A DNA stretch of 64,000 nt from Terriglobia bacterium. Its GTDB lineage: Bacteria > Acidobacteriota > Terriglobia > Bryobacterales > Bryobacteraceae. Positions 1-7,974 of this stretch are shown here, piece by piece (position 1 is the first letter of the stretch; the number at the start of each line of letters is the position of its first letter). The notes under the pieces were generated by a model, which did no database searches, was not told the origin of the DNA, and saw nothing but the letters and a program-made list of their open reading frames with translations. Position numbers and translations under genes: made by a program. The stretch covers positions 42,108-106,107 of the forward strand of contig JAIQFI010000008.1 of NCBI GenBank assembly GCA_020073345.1. The letters run 5' to 3'.

Positions 1-299
1 ACTGGGAAGGCAACACACTGGTGGTCGAGACCACCAACTTCAACGACAAAGTTCGCTTCCAGCGCGCCGGTCCCAACATGAAATTGGTGGAACGCTTCAC
101 GCGCACCGCGCCGGACACCATCACGTATGAGTTTACGGTCACCGATCCTTCGGCGTTCAGCAGGCCCTGGACCGGGCAGATCCCGATGAAGAGAACCGAA
201 GGGCCGATCATCGAGTACGCCTGCAACGAAGGCAATTACGCGATGGAAGGCATGCTGGCCGGCGCCCGCGCCGACGAAAAGAAAGCCGCGGCTAAGTAG
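1..299 (+). CDS. C-terminal fragment of a secreted protein of an unnamed family (paralog of 783..1631 and 1644..2684). The 5' end lies outside the window.
   Basis: Frame 3 is open from the window edge. WEGNTLVVETTNF...RPW...IEYACNEGNYAMEGMLAGARADE aligns motif for motif with the C-terminus of 1644..2684 (GHWEGNTLVIETTNF...KPW...YEYACHEGNYAMFNMLKGARADE). Confidence 0.8.
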   Translation, partial: WEGNTLVVETTNFNDKVRFQRAGPNMKLVERFTRTAPDTITYEFTVTDPSAFSRPWTGQIPMKRTEGPIIEYACNEGNYAMEGMLAGARADEKKAAAK

Positions 300-314
300 A
301 GTGGACCACTGGGC

Positions 315-662
315 TTAAACGGTTAATTTCGCGACGATTCCAACCGCTACCCAGATGACGCCGAAGATGGCCCATTTTTCCCCGGCAGTCAGACCGTCCG
401 GCTTCACGGATCGCGTTTCATTGAATTGAACGACTCGAGCCGTCCCTTGCGCCTTGCTGCGAGGCGCCAGAGTGAATTGGCCAGCCGTAGCCGAATCCAT
501 CCGGCCTTTCAGGGTTTCACCGCTGTTCAGTTCCACCTTAACTTTGCGGCCAACTTTCAGTTTGGCCACCTGTTCCGCAACCGTTAGATCGGCGGCCGGC
601 GCGGGAAGAACTCCGAGGACCAGCAGCGTAGTCAGGATGCAACCTGTGATCGCGCGAAGCAT
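315..662 (-). CDS. Hypothetical small exported or membrane-anchored protein
   Basis: Signal-like N-terminus MLRAITGCILTTLLVLGVLPAPAA and a C-terminal hydrophobic helix WAIFGVIWVAVGIVA. No family recognised. Confidence 0.55.
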   Translation of the reverse strand: MLRAITGCILTTLLVLGVLPAPAADLTVAEQVAKLKVGRKVKVELNSGETLKGRMDSATAGQFTLAPRSKAQGTARVVQFNETRSVKPDGLTAGEKWAIFGVIWVAVGIVAKLTV

Positions 663-711
663 GCTTCAAGACTCTACACCCACCACGCATGGATGTCCAT
701 CTTCGCCGTGA

Positions 712-740
712 TTGACACCGCGTCCGTTCGAATGTAGCAT
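712..740 (+). promoter_or_regulatory. Candidate sigma70-type promoter for the 783..3120 operon
   Basis: TTGACA at 712-717, a 17-nt spacer, and TAGCAT at 735-740. A 7-bp-stem tetraloop hairpin (gcggcgc-atcg-gcgccgc, 750-767) follows in the predicted leader. Confidence 0.4.
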
Positions 741-782
741 TGAAAGCCGGCGGCGCATCGGCGCCGCTACGAACAATTCCCT

Positions 783-1631
783 ATGCGCCGAACGCTTACT
801 CTCCTATCCACAGCCGTCGCCGCGGCTGCCTGTATCTCGCTCATGGTGACTCCCGGTAAGGCCCAGGCCCCCGCGGCTCCTGCGAAAGCGGTTGCCAAGG
901 CGGTTGGGAAGGGTCCCCGGATGACCGACGGCAAGCCGAACTTGAACGGGGTCTGGCAGTCCATCAGCACCGCCAACTGGGACCTCCAGGATCATTCTCC
1001 GGCCCCCGGCCCATTCTGGCAGCTGGGCGCGATCGGAGCGATCCCGGCCGGTCAGGGCGTGGTCGAAGGCAACGAGATTCCCTACAAGCCCGCCGCGCTC
1101 GAACAGAAAAAGAAGAATAAAGCCAACTGGCCGGCCGAAGATCCGGAAGCCAAGTGCTACATGCCCGGCATCCCGCGCGCCACCTACCAGCCCTTTCCGT
1201 TCCAGATCATCCAGTCCAACCGGGACATTCTGATGGCGTACGAGTTCGCCAGCGCTAACCGGCTGATTAATATGGGGAAACCGATCGAAGCCGGCTCCGA
1301 TACCTGGATGGGGACCTCCAACGGCCACTGGGAAGGCGATACCCTGGTGGTGGATGTCACTGGATTGAACGGGCTTAGCTGGTTCGACCGGGCAGGGAAT
1401 TATGCCAGCGACAAGCTGCACGTCGTGGAGCGTTACAACCGCCGCAGCAACGACGTCATGGACTATGAGGCCACTATCGAAGACGCGAGCGTGTTTACCC
1501 GGCCTTGGAAGATTACTCTGCCCCTCTACAAGAGGGCGGAAAAGAACGCCCAGATCCTGGAATTCAAGTGCGTGGAGTTCGCCGAGGAACTGTTGTACGG
1601 AAAGTATAAAAAGCAACCGGCTGGCAAGTAA
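783..1631 (+). CDS. Secreted protein, unnamed paralog family (divergent member)
   Basis: Signal peptide MRRTLTLLSTAVAAAACISLMVTPGKAQA. Shares GHWEGDTLVVDVTGL, the FTRPWKITLP motifs and the overall layout with 1644..2684. Confidence 0.8.
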   Translation: MRRTLTLLSTAVAAAACISLMVTPGKAQAPAAPAKAVAKAVGKGPRMTDGKPNLNGVWQSISTANWDLQDHSPAPGPFWQLGAIGAIPAGQGVVEGNEIPYKPAALEQKKKNKANWPAEDPEAKCYMPGIPRATYQPFPFQIIQSNRDILMAYEFASANRLINMGKPIEAGSDTWMGTSNGHWEGDTLVVDVTGLNGLSWFDRAGNYASDKLHVVERYNRRSNDVMDYEATIEDASVFTRPWKITLPLYKRAEKNAQILEFKCVEFAEELLYGKYKKQPAGK

Positions 1632-1643
1632 AGGAGAACCCGC

Positions 1644-2684
1644 ATGAGGCAGCGCGTCCTGACTTCTCTGATGGTGCTGACAGCGGTTCTCGTTGCCGTG
1701 CTGCTGGCAACCATGCCAGTCATTGGCCAAGCCCCGGCCGGAAAAGCAAAGAAGGCTGCCTACACACCGCCCAAGCTTCCCTGGGGCGATCCGGATCTGC
1801 AGGGCCTGTGGCCGGGAACCGACCTGATTGAGGTACCGATGCAGCGAGATCTCAAGGCGGGGGAACGAACCGAGGTGACCGAAGAGGAGTTCGCCCAGCG
1901 CCAGGCTAAGGCGGAGCGAACCGCCGCGAATGACAAGGTGGCGTACGTCGCCAAGGATTCGAAAGTCGGCATCAATCCTCCCGGGTACTGGCTGGAACAC
2001 GGCAGGCCGCAGAAGATCACGTCCCTCGTCGTGGATCCGCCCAACGGGAGAATCCCCGATCTGACTGACCAGGCCAAGCAGAAGGCGGCGCAAGCCAAGC
2101 AGGCCAAGCAAGGGCATGGTCCCAACGAAACGTGGGAGGACCAGAGCCTGTATGACCGCTGCATCTCGCGCGGCGTGATGGGATCCATCTTGCCGGTGAT
2201 CTACAACAACGGCACCCAGATCGTGCAAGGCCCTGGCTACGTCGCGATTCGCTATGAGATGATTCACGAGACCAAGATCATCCCGCTGGACGGGCGCCCG
2301 CATCCAGGCTCCAACATCAAGAGCTACATGGGAGATGCGCGCGGCCATTGGGAAGGCAACACGCTGGTGATCGAAACTACCAATTTCCTAGGCGACAAGA
2401 ACGGGATCGGGCTGAACGGCGGCGGCACCCCTCACAGCGCCGACATGGTGCTCACGGAAAAGTGGACGCGCGTGGCGCCCGACATGATAGAGTACACCGC
2501 CACCATGAACGATCCGAAAACCTGGGTCAAGCCCTGGACGGTCCGGATGCCGCTGCGGCTGAACCCGGAATTTCCGCTGTACGAGTACGCCTGCCACGAA
2601 GGCAACTACGCGATGTTTAATATGCTCAAGGGCGCTCGCGCCGACGAGGCTGCGGCGGAAGCGGCCAAGGCCGGCAAGAAGTAG
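1644..2684 (+). CDS. Secreted protein, unnamed paralog family
   Basis: AAGGAG Shine-Dalgarno 7 nt upstream and a signal peptide ending VIGQA. Motifs GHWEGNTLVIETTNF, KPWTVRMPL and YEYACHEGNYAM are shared with the window-edge fragment. Confidence 0.85.
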   Translation: MRQRVLTSLMVLTAVLVAVLLATMPVIGQAPAGKAKKAAYTPPKLPWGDPDLQGLWPGTDLIEVPMQRDLKAGERTEVTEEEFAQRQAKAERTAANDKVAYVAKDSKVGINPPGYWLEHGRPQKITSLVVDPPNGRIPDLTDQAKQKAAQAKQAKQGHGPNETWEDQSLYDRCISRGVMGSILPVIYNNGTQIVQGPGYVAIRYEMIHETKIIPLDGRPHPGSNIKSYMGDARGHWEGNTLVIETTNFLGDKNGIGLNGGGTPHSADMVLTEKWTRVAPDMIEYTATMNDPKTWVKPWTVRMPLRLNPEFPLYEYACHEGNYAMFNMLKGARADEAAAEAAKAGKK

Positions 2685-2700
2685 GACAGGAGATCATTTC

Positions 2701-3120
2701 ATGCGAAAAACACTCTCGATGGCAGTCGCGGTCGTGGGATTCCTGATGGCTGTATCGCCGGTGCGTGCGCATCACGCTTTCGCGGCTGAATACGACGCCA
2801 AGAAGCAGGTTCGGCTGGAGGGAGTGGTCACGCAGATGGAATGGATTAATCCCCATGCCTGGATCCATATCGACGTCACGGGTCCCGACGGCAAAGTGAC
2901 CAGTTGGATGGTGGAAGGCGGAAGTCCCAACATTCTCCTGCGTCGCGGCTTCAACAAAGGCTCGCTCGAGAAGGGCCAGAAGATCACCGTCGATGGCTTC
3001 CAGGCCAAGGACGGCTCGAATCGAGCGAACGGCTCAAACATCACCTATCCGGACGGCAAGAAACTGTTCCTGGGCTCTTCCGGAACGGGCGCTCCGGTAG
3101 ATCCCGGTCCGGGTAAATAG
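2701..3120 (+). CDS. DUF6152-like small secreted protein (family name from memory)
   Basis: Signal peptide ending VRA followed by HHAFAAEYD...VRLEGVVTQMEWINPHAWIHIDV, which is the pattern I associate with DUF6152. An AGGAG SD precedes it, 16 nt after the previous stop. Confidence 0.7.
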   Translation: MRKTLSMAVAVVGFLMAVSPVRAHHAFAAEYDAKKQVRLEGVVTQMEWINPHAWIHIDVTGPDGKVTSWMVEGGSPNILLRRGFNKGSLEKGQKITVDGFQAKDGSNRANGSNITYPDGKKLFLGSSGTGAPVDPGPGK

Positions 3121-3130
3121 GCGATTTATC

Positions 3131-4417
3131 CTGACACTTTCCCGCAGGCTGGTCCGCGCGGCGCGCGGATTCACGGATGTATCCCCTCAGGCGATCGAAA
3201 AAGTCAAAATCGCGCTGCTGGATTTTCTTTCGTGCGCGTATGAATCGCTCGATCTTCCCCAGAGCCGGCAGGCCATCACGGCGATGGGCCGCGCGGGCAA
3301 CGGTCCGGCTTCGCTGATCGGCACGCGGGTGCGTGCTTCGGCTGCGGAGGCCGCGTTCGCCAACGCCGTGCTGGGCCATGGATTGGTCCGGGAAGACATG
3401 CACACCGGCTCGGTGAGCCACCTCGGGATCGTGATTTTTCCCACGCTGTTGGCGCTAGCGCAATCTCGCAAAGTCAGCGGACTCGATTTTATCCGAGGAG
3501 CCGTGTGCGGCTATGAAGTGGGTGCGTCGGTCGGCCGCGCGCTGATGGATCAGGAGACGGTGCGCATTTTCCGGCCCACAGGCATTACCGGACCATTGGG
3601 AGCGGCGGTGGCCGGGAGCCGCATGCTGGGGTTCACGGAAGACGCGGGTGTGAGCGCGCTCGGCCTCGCGGCGAATGCCACGGTCGGCTTGAATGAATGG
3701 CCTGCGTCGGGCGCCGACGATATGTTCTTTCACGCGGGATTCGCCGCGCGCAACGCGGTCACCGCGGTCGAGCTGGCGGAACTGGGTGCGTTCGCATCAG
3801 AAACGGCTTTGGATGGGGCCGCGGGACTATTCGCGGCTGTGCGGCGAACCCATCGGATAACCGCGGTAACACCATTTGCCGGTAACCTCGAAATCTTCTC
3901 TGTGTATCACAAGCCCGCGCCGGCCTGTAACTACGCGCAAACGGCGTGCCAGGCTGCGCTCGCGATTGGCGTCAACAGTGAAGACATAACAGGCGTTCAA
4001 ATAAAGTGTTCGGCCGCCGCGATCAACTATCCGGGCTGCAACGCGCCGGGTCCGTTTCAGCGGATCCTGCAAGCCAAGATGAGTATCCATTTCTGCGTCG
4101 CGGCGACGCTGGCCCGGCGATCAATCGAGGAGAGCAATTACCGGCTGCTAGACGATCCCGAGATCGCGCGGCTGATTAGCGTCACAAAGCTGGAAGAAGA
4201 CCCGGATTTCACCCATGCCTATCCGGGCGCGCAGGGCTCGGAGGTCATCGTCACGCTACGCAACGGAAAGGTGCTCCGGCAGCGGATGCGCGACCTGGTC
4301 CCGGCGACACCCGATCAGATCCGCGCGCGGTTCCGGTCAGCAGCCGGTGCAGCAAAACCGATCGAGGAAATAGTGGACCAGCTGGATCAGGCTGAGGACG
4401 TGGGCTCGATCGTCTAG
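3131..4417 (+). CDS. MmgE/PrpD family protein (2-methylcitrate dehydratase-like). The start codon is uncertain and non-canonical.
   Basis: The first ATG is at 3284. However, the same frame upstream reads LTLSRRLVRAARGFTDVSPQAIEKVKIALLDFLSCAYESLDLP, a typical PrpD-family N-terminus. The frame opens after TAG 3098-3100 and contains no ATG, GTG or TTG before 3284. Confidence 0.75.
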   Translation: MTLSRRLVRAARGFTDVSPQAIEKVKIALLDFLSCAYESLDLPQSRQAITAMGRAGNGPASLIGTRVRASAAEAAFANAVLGHGLVREDMHTGSVSHLGIVIFPTLLALAQSRKVSGLDFIRGAVCGYEVGASVGRALMDQETVRIFRPTGITGPLGAAVAGSRMLGFTEDAGVSALGLAANATVGLNEWPASGADDMFFHAGFAARNAVTAVELAELGAFASETALDGAAGLFAAVRRTHRITAVTPFAGNLEIFSVYHKPAPACNYAQTACQAALAIGVNSEDITGVQIKCSAAAINYPGCNAPGPFQRILQAKMSIHFCVAATLARRSIEESNYRLLDDPEIARLISVTKLEEDPDFTHAYPGAQGSEVIVTLRNGKVLRQRMRDLVPATPDQIRARFRSAAGAAKPIEEIVDQLDQAEDVGSIV

Positions 4418-5052
4418 CGTCCGCGCTCAGCCGCGCGAGCGGCAGGAGCGACGCGTAACTGGGCTTCTTCCAGGAGCTTGGCTTCCTGATAGGTGAACAC
4501 CATGCGGTGCACCACAGTCAGATTGCCGAGCACTGCGATCACCCACAACACGGGCGCCATGCGGTCGAACAGTGCGCCCAGGATCAGCAGCACCACGCGC
4601 TCTGGCCGCTCCATGAATCCGACCTTGCACTTAGGGATAGAGTTTTCCGCCCGCGCGCGGGTATAGCTGATCATCACGGAAGCGGCCATCACCAGCGCTG
4701 TCAACACGACGTAAAACGGCCGGTTGATCGATCCGTACCAGACCAGTAAGCCCATCAGCAGCGCCAAGTCCGAATAGCGGTCCAGGACCGAATCGAAAAA
4801 GCCGCCGAAGCGCGTAACGCGGTTGGTCTCACGGGCGACGCGCCCGTCCACCATATCGAATAATCCCGCGCCGATGATGACCACGCCAGCCCAGCGGAAC
4901 TGTCCGGCGGCCAGAAGAACCGCCGCGCCGATATTGATCACCAGGCCCAGGAAGGTGAGCACGTTGGGATGAATCCTGGAGAGCGCGAGCCCGCGCACAA
5001 TCAGCCGGATGACTTTGTTGCAGGCCCAGCCGATCGCGTGAGTGTAACTCAT
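4414..5052 (-). CDS. CDP-alcohol phosphatidyltransferase family protein
   Basis: Signature DGRVARETNRVTRFGGFFDSVLDRYSD matches DG-x2-AR-x8-G-x3-D-x3-D. The protein is multi-TM. Confidence 0.85.
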   Translation of the reverse strand: MSYTHAIGWACNKVIRLIVRGLALSRIHPNVLTFLGLVINIGAAVLLAAGQFRWAGVVIIGAGLFDMVDGRVARETNRVTRFGGFFDSVLDRYSDLALLMGLLVWYGSINRPFYVVLTALVMAASVMISYTRARAENSIPKCKVGFMERPERVVLLILGALFDRMAPVLWVIAVLGNLTVVHRMVFTYQEAKLLEEAQLRVAPAARAAERGR

Positions 5053-5055
5053 CGA

Positions 5056-5532
5056 CTACTTGGCCCCCGCTTGCTGATGAATGGTGATCAGCTCCATGAT
5101 CTCCATTTCCCGAACGCCCCCCGGAATCTGGATTTTCACGGTATCCCCCACCTGCTTGCCCAGAAGGCCACGACCGATCGGGGAAGTGGTCGAAATCATA
5201 CCGTTCTTGGCATCCGCATCCTCGGTCGTAACCAGCTTATAACGGATCTTCTCGTCCTTGTCGAGGTCCAGCACGACCACCGTCGAGCCCAGCCCCGCGC
5301 GATCATGCGGGATCTTGGACATATCGATCATCGAAAGCGCCCGCAGCCGGGCATTGAGCTGATTCAGGCGGGCGTTAACCATGCCCTGGCGTTCCTTGGC
5401 TGCGTGATACTCGGCGTTTTCCTTCAAATCGCCGTGAGCGCGGGCTTTCAGGATCTCTCTGGGGAGCTCGATGCGAAACTCGTTTTCGAGCGCCGCGATT
5501 TCTTCCTGCAATTTCTTGATGAGCTCTTGCAT
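5056..5532 (-). CDS. greA: Transcription elongation factor GreA
   Basis: 158 aa. Coiled-coil N-terminus with GDLKENAEYHAAKERQ and a C-terminal ISTTSPIGRGLLGKQVGD motif. Confidence 0.95.
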   Translation of the reverse strand: MQELIKKLQEEIAALENEFRIELPREILKARAHGDLKENAEYHAAKERQGMVNARLNQLNARLRALSMIDMSKIPHDRAGLGSTVVVLDLDKDEKIRYKLVTTEDADAKNGMISTTSPIGRGLLGKQVGDTVKIQIPGGVREMEIMELITIHQQAGAK

Positions 5533-5571
5533 TCCGCTTCAGTAGAAATTATAGCGCGCGACTTCAAGTGG

Positions 5572-5653
5572 GCAGGCGTCCACGCCTGCGCAGGGCTTCA
5601 GCCCCGCTTAGGACTTGGGCGGACTGAAGTCCGCCGCAGGTCTCGAGACCTGC
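5572..5653. repeat. Four tandem GC-stem tetraloop hairpins (REP-like element, same family as 54234..54323)
   Basis: gcaggcg-tcca-cgcctgc (5572-5589), gggc-ttca-gccc (5593-5604), ggcggac-tgaa-gtccgcc (5618-5635) and gcaggtc-tcga-gacctgc (5636-5653). Confidence 0.7.
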
Positions 5654-5799
5654 CCTACTGCGAACTTGGCAATCCATTGAGGAATGAGCTTACGGACCTC
5701 TTCAGCCGGAACAACGCGACCTTCTTCAGCGGCCTTGATTCCGCGCTCTATCGCGGCAGCCGTCTCAGCATCTACCTTGACTGCTTGATCTGCCTTCAT
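5608..5799 (-). CDS. Small hypothetical protein (63 aa), antitoxin/RHH-like flavour
   Basis: Its ATG overlaps the upstream TGA stop (ATGA at 5796-5799). Sequence is MKADQAVKVDAETAAAIERGIKAAEEGRVVPAEEVRKLIPQWI.... The last ~15-20 codons are encoded by the hairpin repeat. Confidence 0.45.
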   Translation of the reverse strand: MKADQAVKVDAETAAAIERGIKAAEEGRVVPAEEVRKLIPQWIAKFAVGQVSRPAADFSPPKS

Positions 5800-7088
5800 A
5801 GGAACAGATTCCCCTGCCCCAGCAATCCTCGCGGATCGAAACGGCGTTTGACCGACCGCATGGACTCGATTGTCTCCGTACCGTACTGAATCGGCAAAAG
5901 ATGTGCCTTGCGCTTGCCTAAACCGTGCTCCGCCCCGACGGTCCCGCCCATGGCCACGACTTCTTTCGCCAGCTCGACCGCGATCTCGGTGGCCCGCTCC
6001 CATTCCTGGCGCGTTTCCGGAAGAACTTCGGTGTGCACATGGGCGTCGCCAATATGTCCGAACATCACGAACTTGTCGCCAAAATTTTGGGTGAGCACGC
6101 TGCGATAGATCGCAAGGATGTCGCGGTTACGTTCCAGGGGGACAGCATAATCCGTAGCGAGAACCACGAATCCGTCCCGGCGCAGGCGCTCATGAATACG
6201 CTCGGGCAGACGATGCCGGAACTGGCGGAATCGCTCCCGATCCGCCGCAGAGGCTCCGAACCACGACTCGTCTTCTAGAGCCCCGGTCATGTCTAGCTCG
6301 GCTTCCCCTTCGATCTCAATCAAGACCGCGGCTCCATAGGGAAACTCCATCAGCTTGATGGAACGAGAATCCAGAAACTCGAGCATTCGCAGACCGGGCG
6401 TGGGGCGCCAGCGGTCAACGGCATCCAGTGCGGCTTCCTCAGTTGGGAAGAAGACCACACCGCCCAGGATCTCCCCCGGTGCGGGCAGCAGCTGAAGCTC
6501 GGCTTCGGTGACTACGCCCAGTGTTCCCTCACTGCCGATGAACAGATCCACGTAGTCCATACCAGGCTCAAGCCGGTAGCCAGCGGAATGCTTGCGAGTG
6601 CGCGGCAAAGGAATGCGCGGAACATCGAAGTCGACTTTCTGGCCGCGCCGATACTCGACCACGCTTCCATCGAGATGAACGATTCGCACCGCCTGAACAT
6701 GCCGCCGCGTTGCTCCGTAGCGGAAGCTGCGCGAGCCGCTGGCGTTGGCTCCGATGTTGCCGCCGATCGACGACGTGTTCTCGGTGGGATCGGGCGCGTA
6801 GAACTGTCCCGAGGCGGTGGCCGCGGCCTGGACCTCGCGGAGCAAGACTCCCGTCCCGACGCGGGCTTTCCCCGGGGAAACATCCAGCTTGCGGAGTTGC
6901 GCCATGGAGATCGCCCACCCGCTTTTCGGCACAGCGCCGCCCGCCAGTCCCGTGAGCGCACCCATGACGGTGACCGGAACGCCTTCGGAGGAAGCGCGTG
7001 TAAGAATCGCCGCGACTTCGTCTTCGCTGCGGGGAGTGAAAACCTGGTCGGCCCGTCCGGCGTAGCCGGAAGCGTCGGTGATGTCCAT
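5796..7088 (-). CDS. FAD-binding oxidase (GlcD / D-lactate dehydrogenase-like)
   Basis: 430 aa. FAD_binding_4-like N-terminus (VFTPRSEDEVAAILTRASSEGVPVTVMGALTGLAGGAVP) and a C-terminal FAD-oxidase domain (GTVGAEHGLGKRK). Confidence 0.85.
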   Translation of the reverse strand: MDITDASGYAGRADQVFTPRSEDEVAAILTRASSEGVPVTVMGALTGLAGGAVPKSGWAISMAQLRKLDVSPGKARVGTGVLLREVQAAATASGQFYAPDPTENTSSIGGNIGANASGSRSFRYGATRRHVQAVRIVHLDGSVVEYRRGQKVDFDVPRIPLPRTRKHSAGYRLEPGMDYVDLFIGSEGTLGVVTEAELQLLPAPGEILGGVVFFPTEEAALDAVDRWRPTPGLRMLEFLDSRSIKLMEFPYGAAVLIEIEGEAELDMTGALEDESWFGASAADRERFRQFRHRLPERIHERLRRDGFVVLATDYAVPLERNRDILAIYRSVLTQNFGDKFVMFGHIGDAHVHTEVLPETRQEWERATEIAVELAKEVVAMGGTVGAEHGLGKRKAHLLPIQYGTETIESMRSVKRRFDPRGLLGQGNLFL

Positions 7089-7110
7089 AAAGCTGGAATA
7101 CTGGAGGGGT

Positions 7111-7974
7111 TTATACCGCTTTGCGCTGGCGCGTCAGGCCTTCGAGCAGCATGCCCGCGATCTGTTTTCCGTTTTCGAAGGCGTCTTCGTAGACCCGGCG
7201 CCTTTCGACGCGCGTGAAACCGTACCCCAGGCGATACAGCCGCTCGAGCGATAACCCGGCCACGAAGGTTCCCGTCCAGGCGATGGCCGCCTTGGGAATC
7301 AGCCCGCCGCCGAAGGGTATTTTCGCCACCGCCTCGCGCGCCAGAGAACGCCATCCGAATGCGCCCATCGCCATCGAGGCAATCTCGGATTTCTGTTCGC
7401 GATATCCCACCTCACGGTCGCTGGCCGCGGCCAGCAGGAAGCCCATGCGGATCTGATTCATGGTGAGGAACGCCGCGTCCGATCCATATTCTCCGACGAC
7501 CCACGGTAACGAAGCCAGGCTGGGGACCACGTCCGGCAAAGCAGTCACCAGGCAGAACAAAGCGTTCTCTTTGGCGACCGCGCGGATCACGTGGTGGGAG
7601 ACTTCCTTGCGGAACGGATCCAGCCGCCGGGCCAGTGGCAGCATCAAGTCCTCGCGTTTACGCACGATGCGCCGGACGCAATCTTCCGGTGCGTCTGGAT
7701 CGAAGGAAAACGTCTGGGCGGGCCGGAGCAACGATGATTCGTAAATCTGCACGTCGCAGGACGGCCCACCGCCCCGGATCAGCATCTGCAAGGCCTCCGC
7801 GCGGCGCTCCGGAGAGAGATGGTGCGGAGCGAAGAACCTCTCCATGCTGCCGAGCGATTCCTGGGAAGCCGCGACCAGGCCCACGCGCACGGGCCGGTCG
7901 GCCTCCGCCCGCACTTCCGCGGGATTCAGATTCACGAGCGCTTGTCGGATCTGCCGAAAGACTGCGAGGGCCAT
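7111..7974 (-). CDS. Conserved-looking hypothetical protein (start uncertain: 7974, 8028 or 7845)
   Basis: Long ORF with protein-like composition and no family recognised. With the ATG at 7972-7974 it overlaps the upstream gene by 43 nt. Confidence 0.6.
   Translation of the reverse strand: MALAVFRQIRQALVNLNPAEVRAEADRPVRVGLVAASQESLGSMERFFAPHHLSPERRAEALQMLIRGGGPSCDVQIYESSLLRPAQTFSFDPDAPEDCVRRIVRKREDLMLPLARRLDPFRKEVSHHVIRAVAKENALFCLVTALPDVVPSLASLPWVVGEYGSDAAFLTMNQIRMGFLLAAASDREVGYREQKSEIASMAMGAFGWRSLAREAVAKIPFGGGLIPKAAIAWTGTFVAGLSLERLYRLGYGFTRVERRRVYEDAFENGKQIAGMLLEGLTRQRKAV

Noticed and set aside
804-2348. 514-aa ORF on the minus strand spanning two plus-strand genes
   Set aside because: It is antisense to two genes with signal peptides, SD sites and mutually conserved motifs. 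Its translation is Arg/Gly/His/Leu-rich low-information sequence, typical of high-GC shadow ORFs.
5800-6003. N-terminal extension of the small ORF (the track gives 5608..6003, 131 aa)
   Set aside because: The extension lies entirely inside the FAD-oxidase coding region in another frame and is Arg/Gly-rich. The internal ATG forming an ATGA overlap with the oxidase stop is the plausible start.
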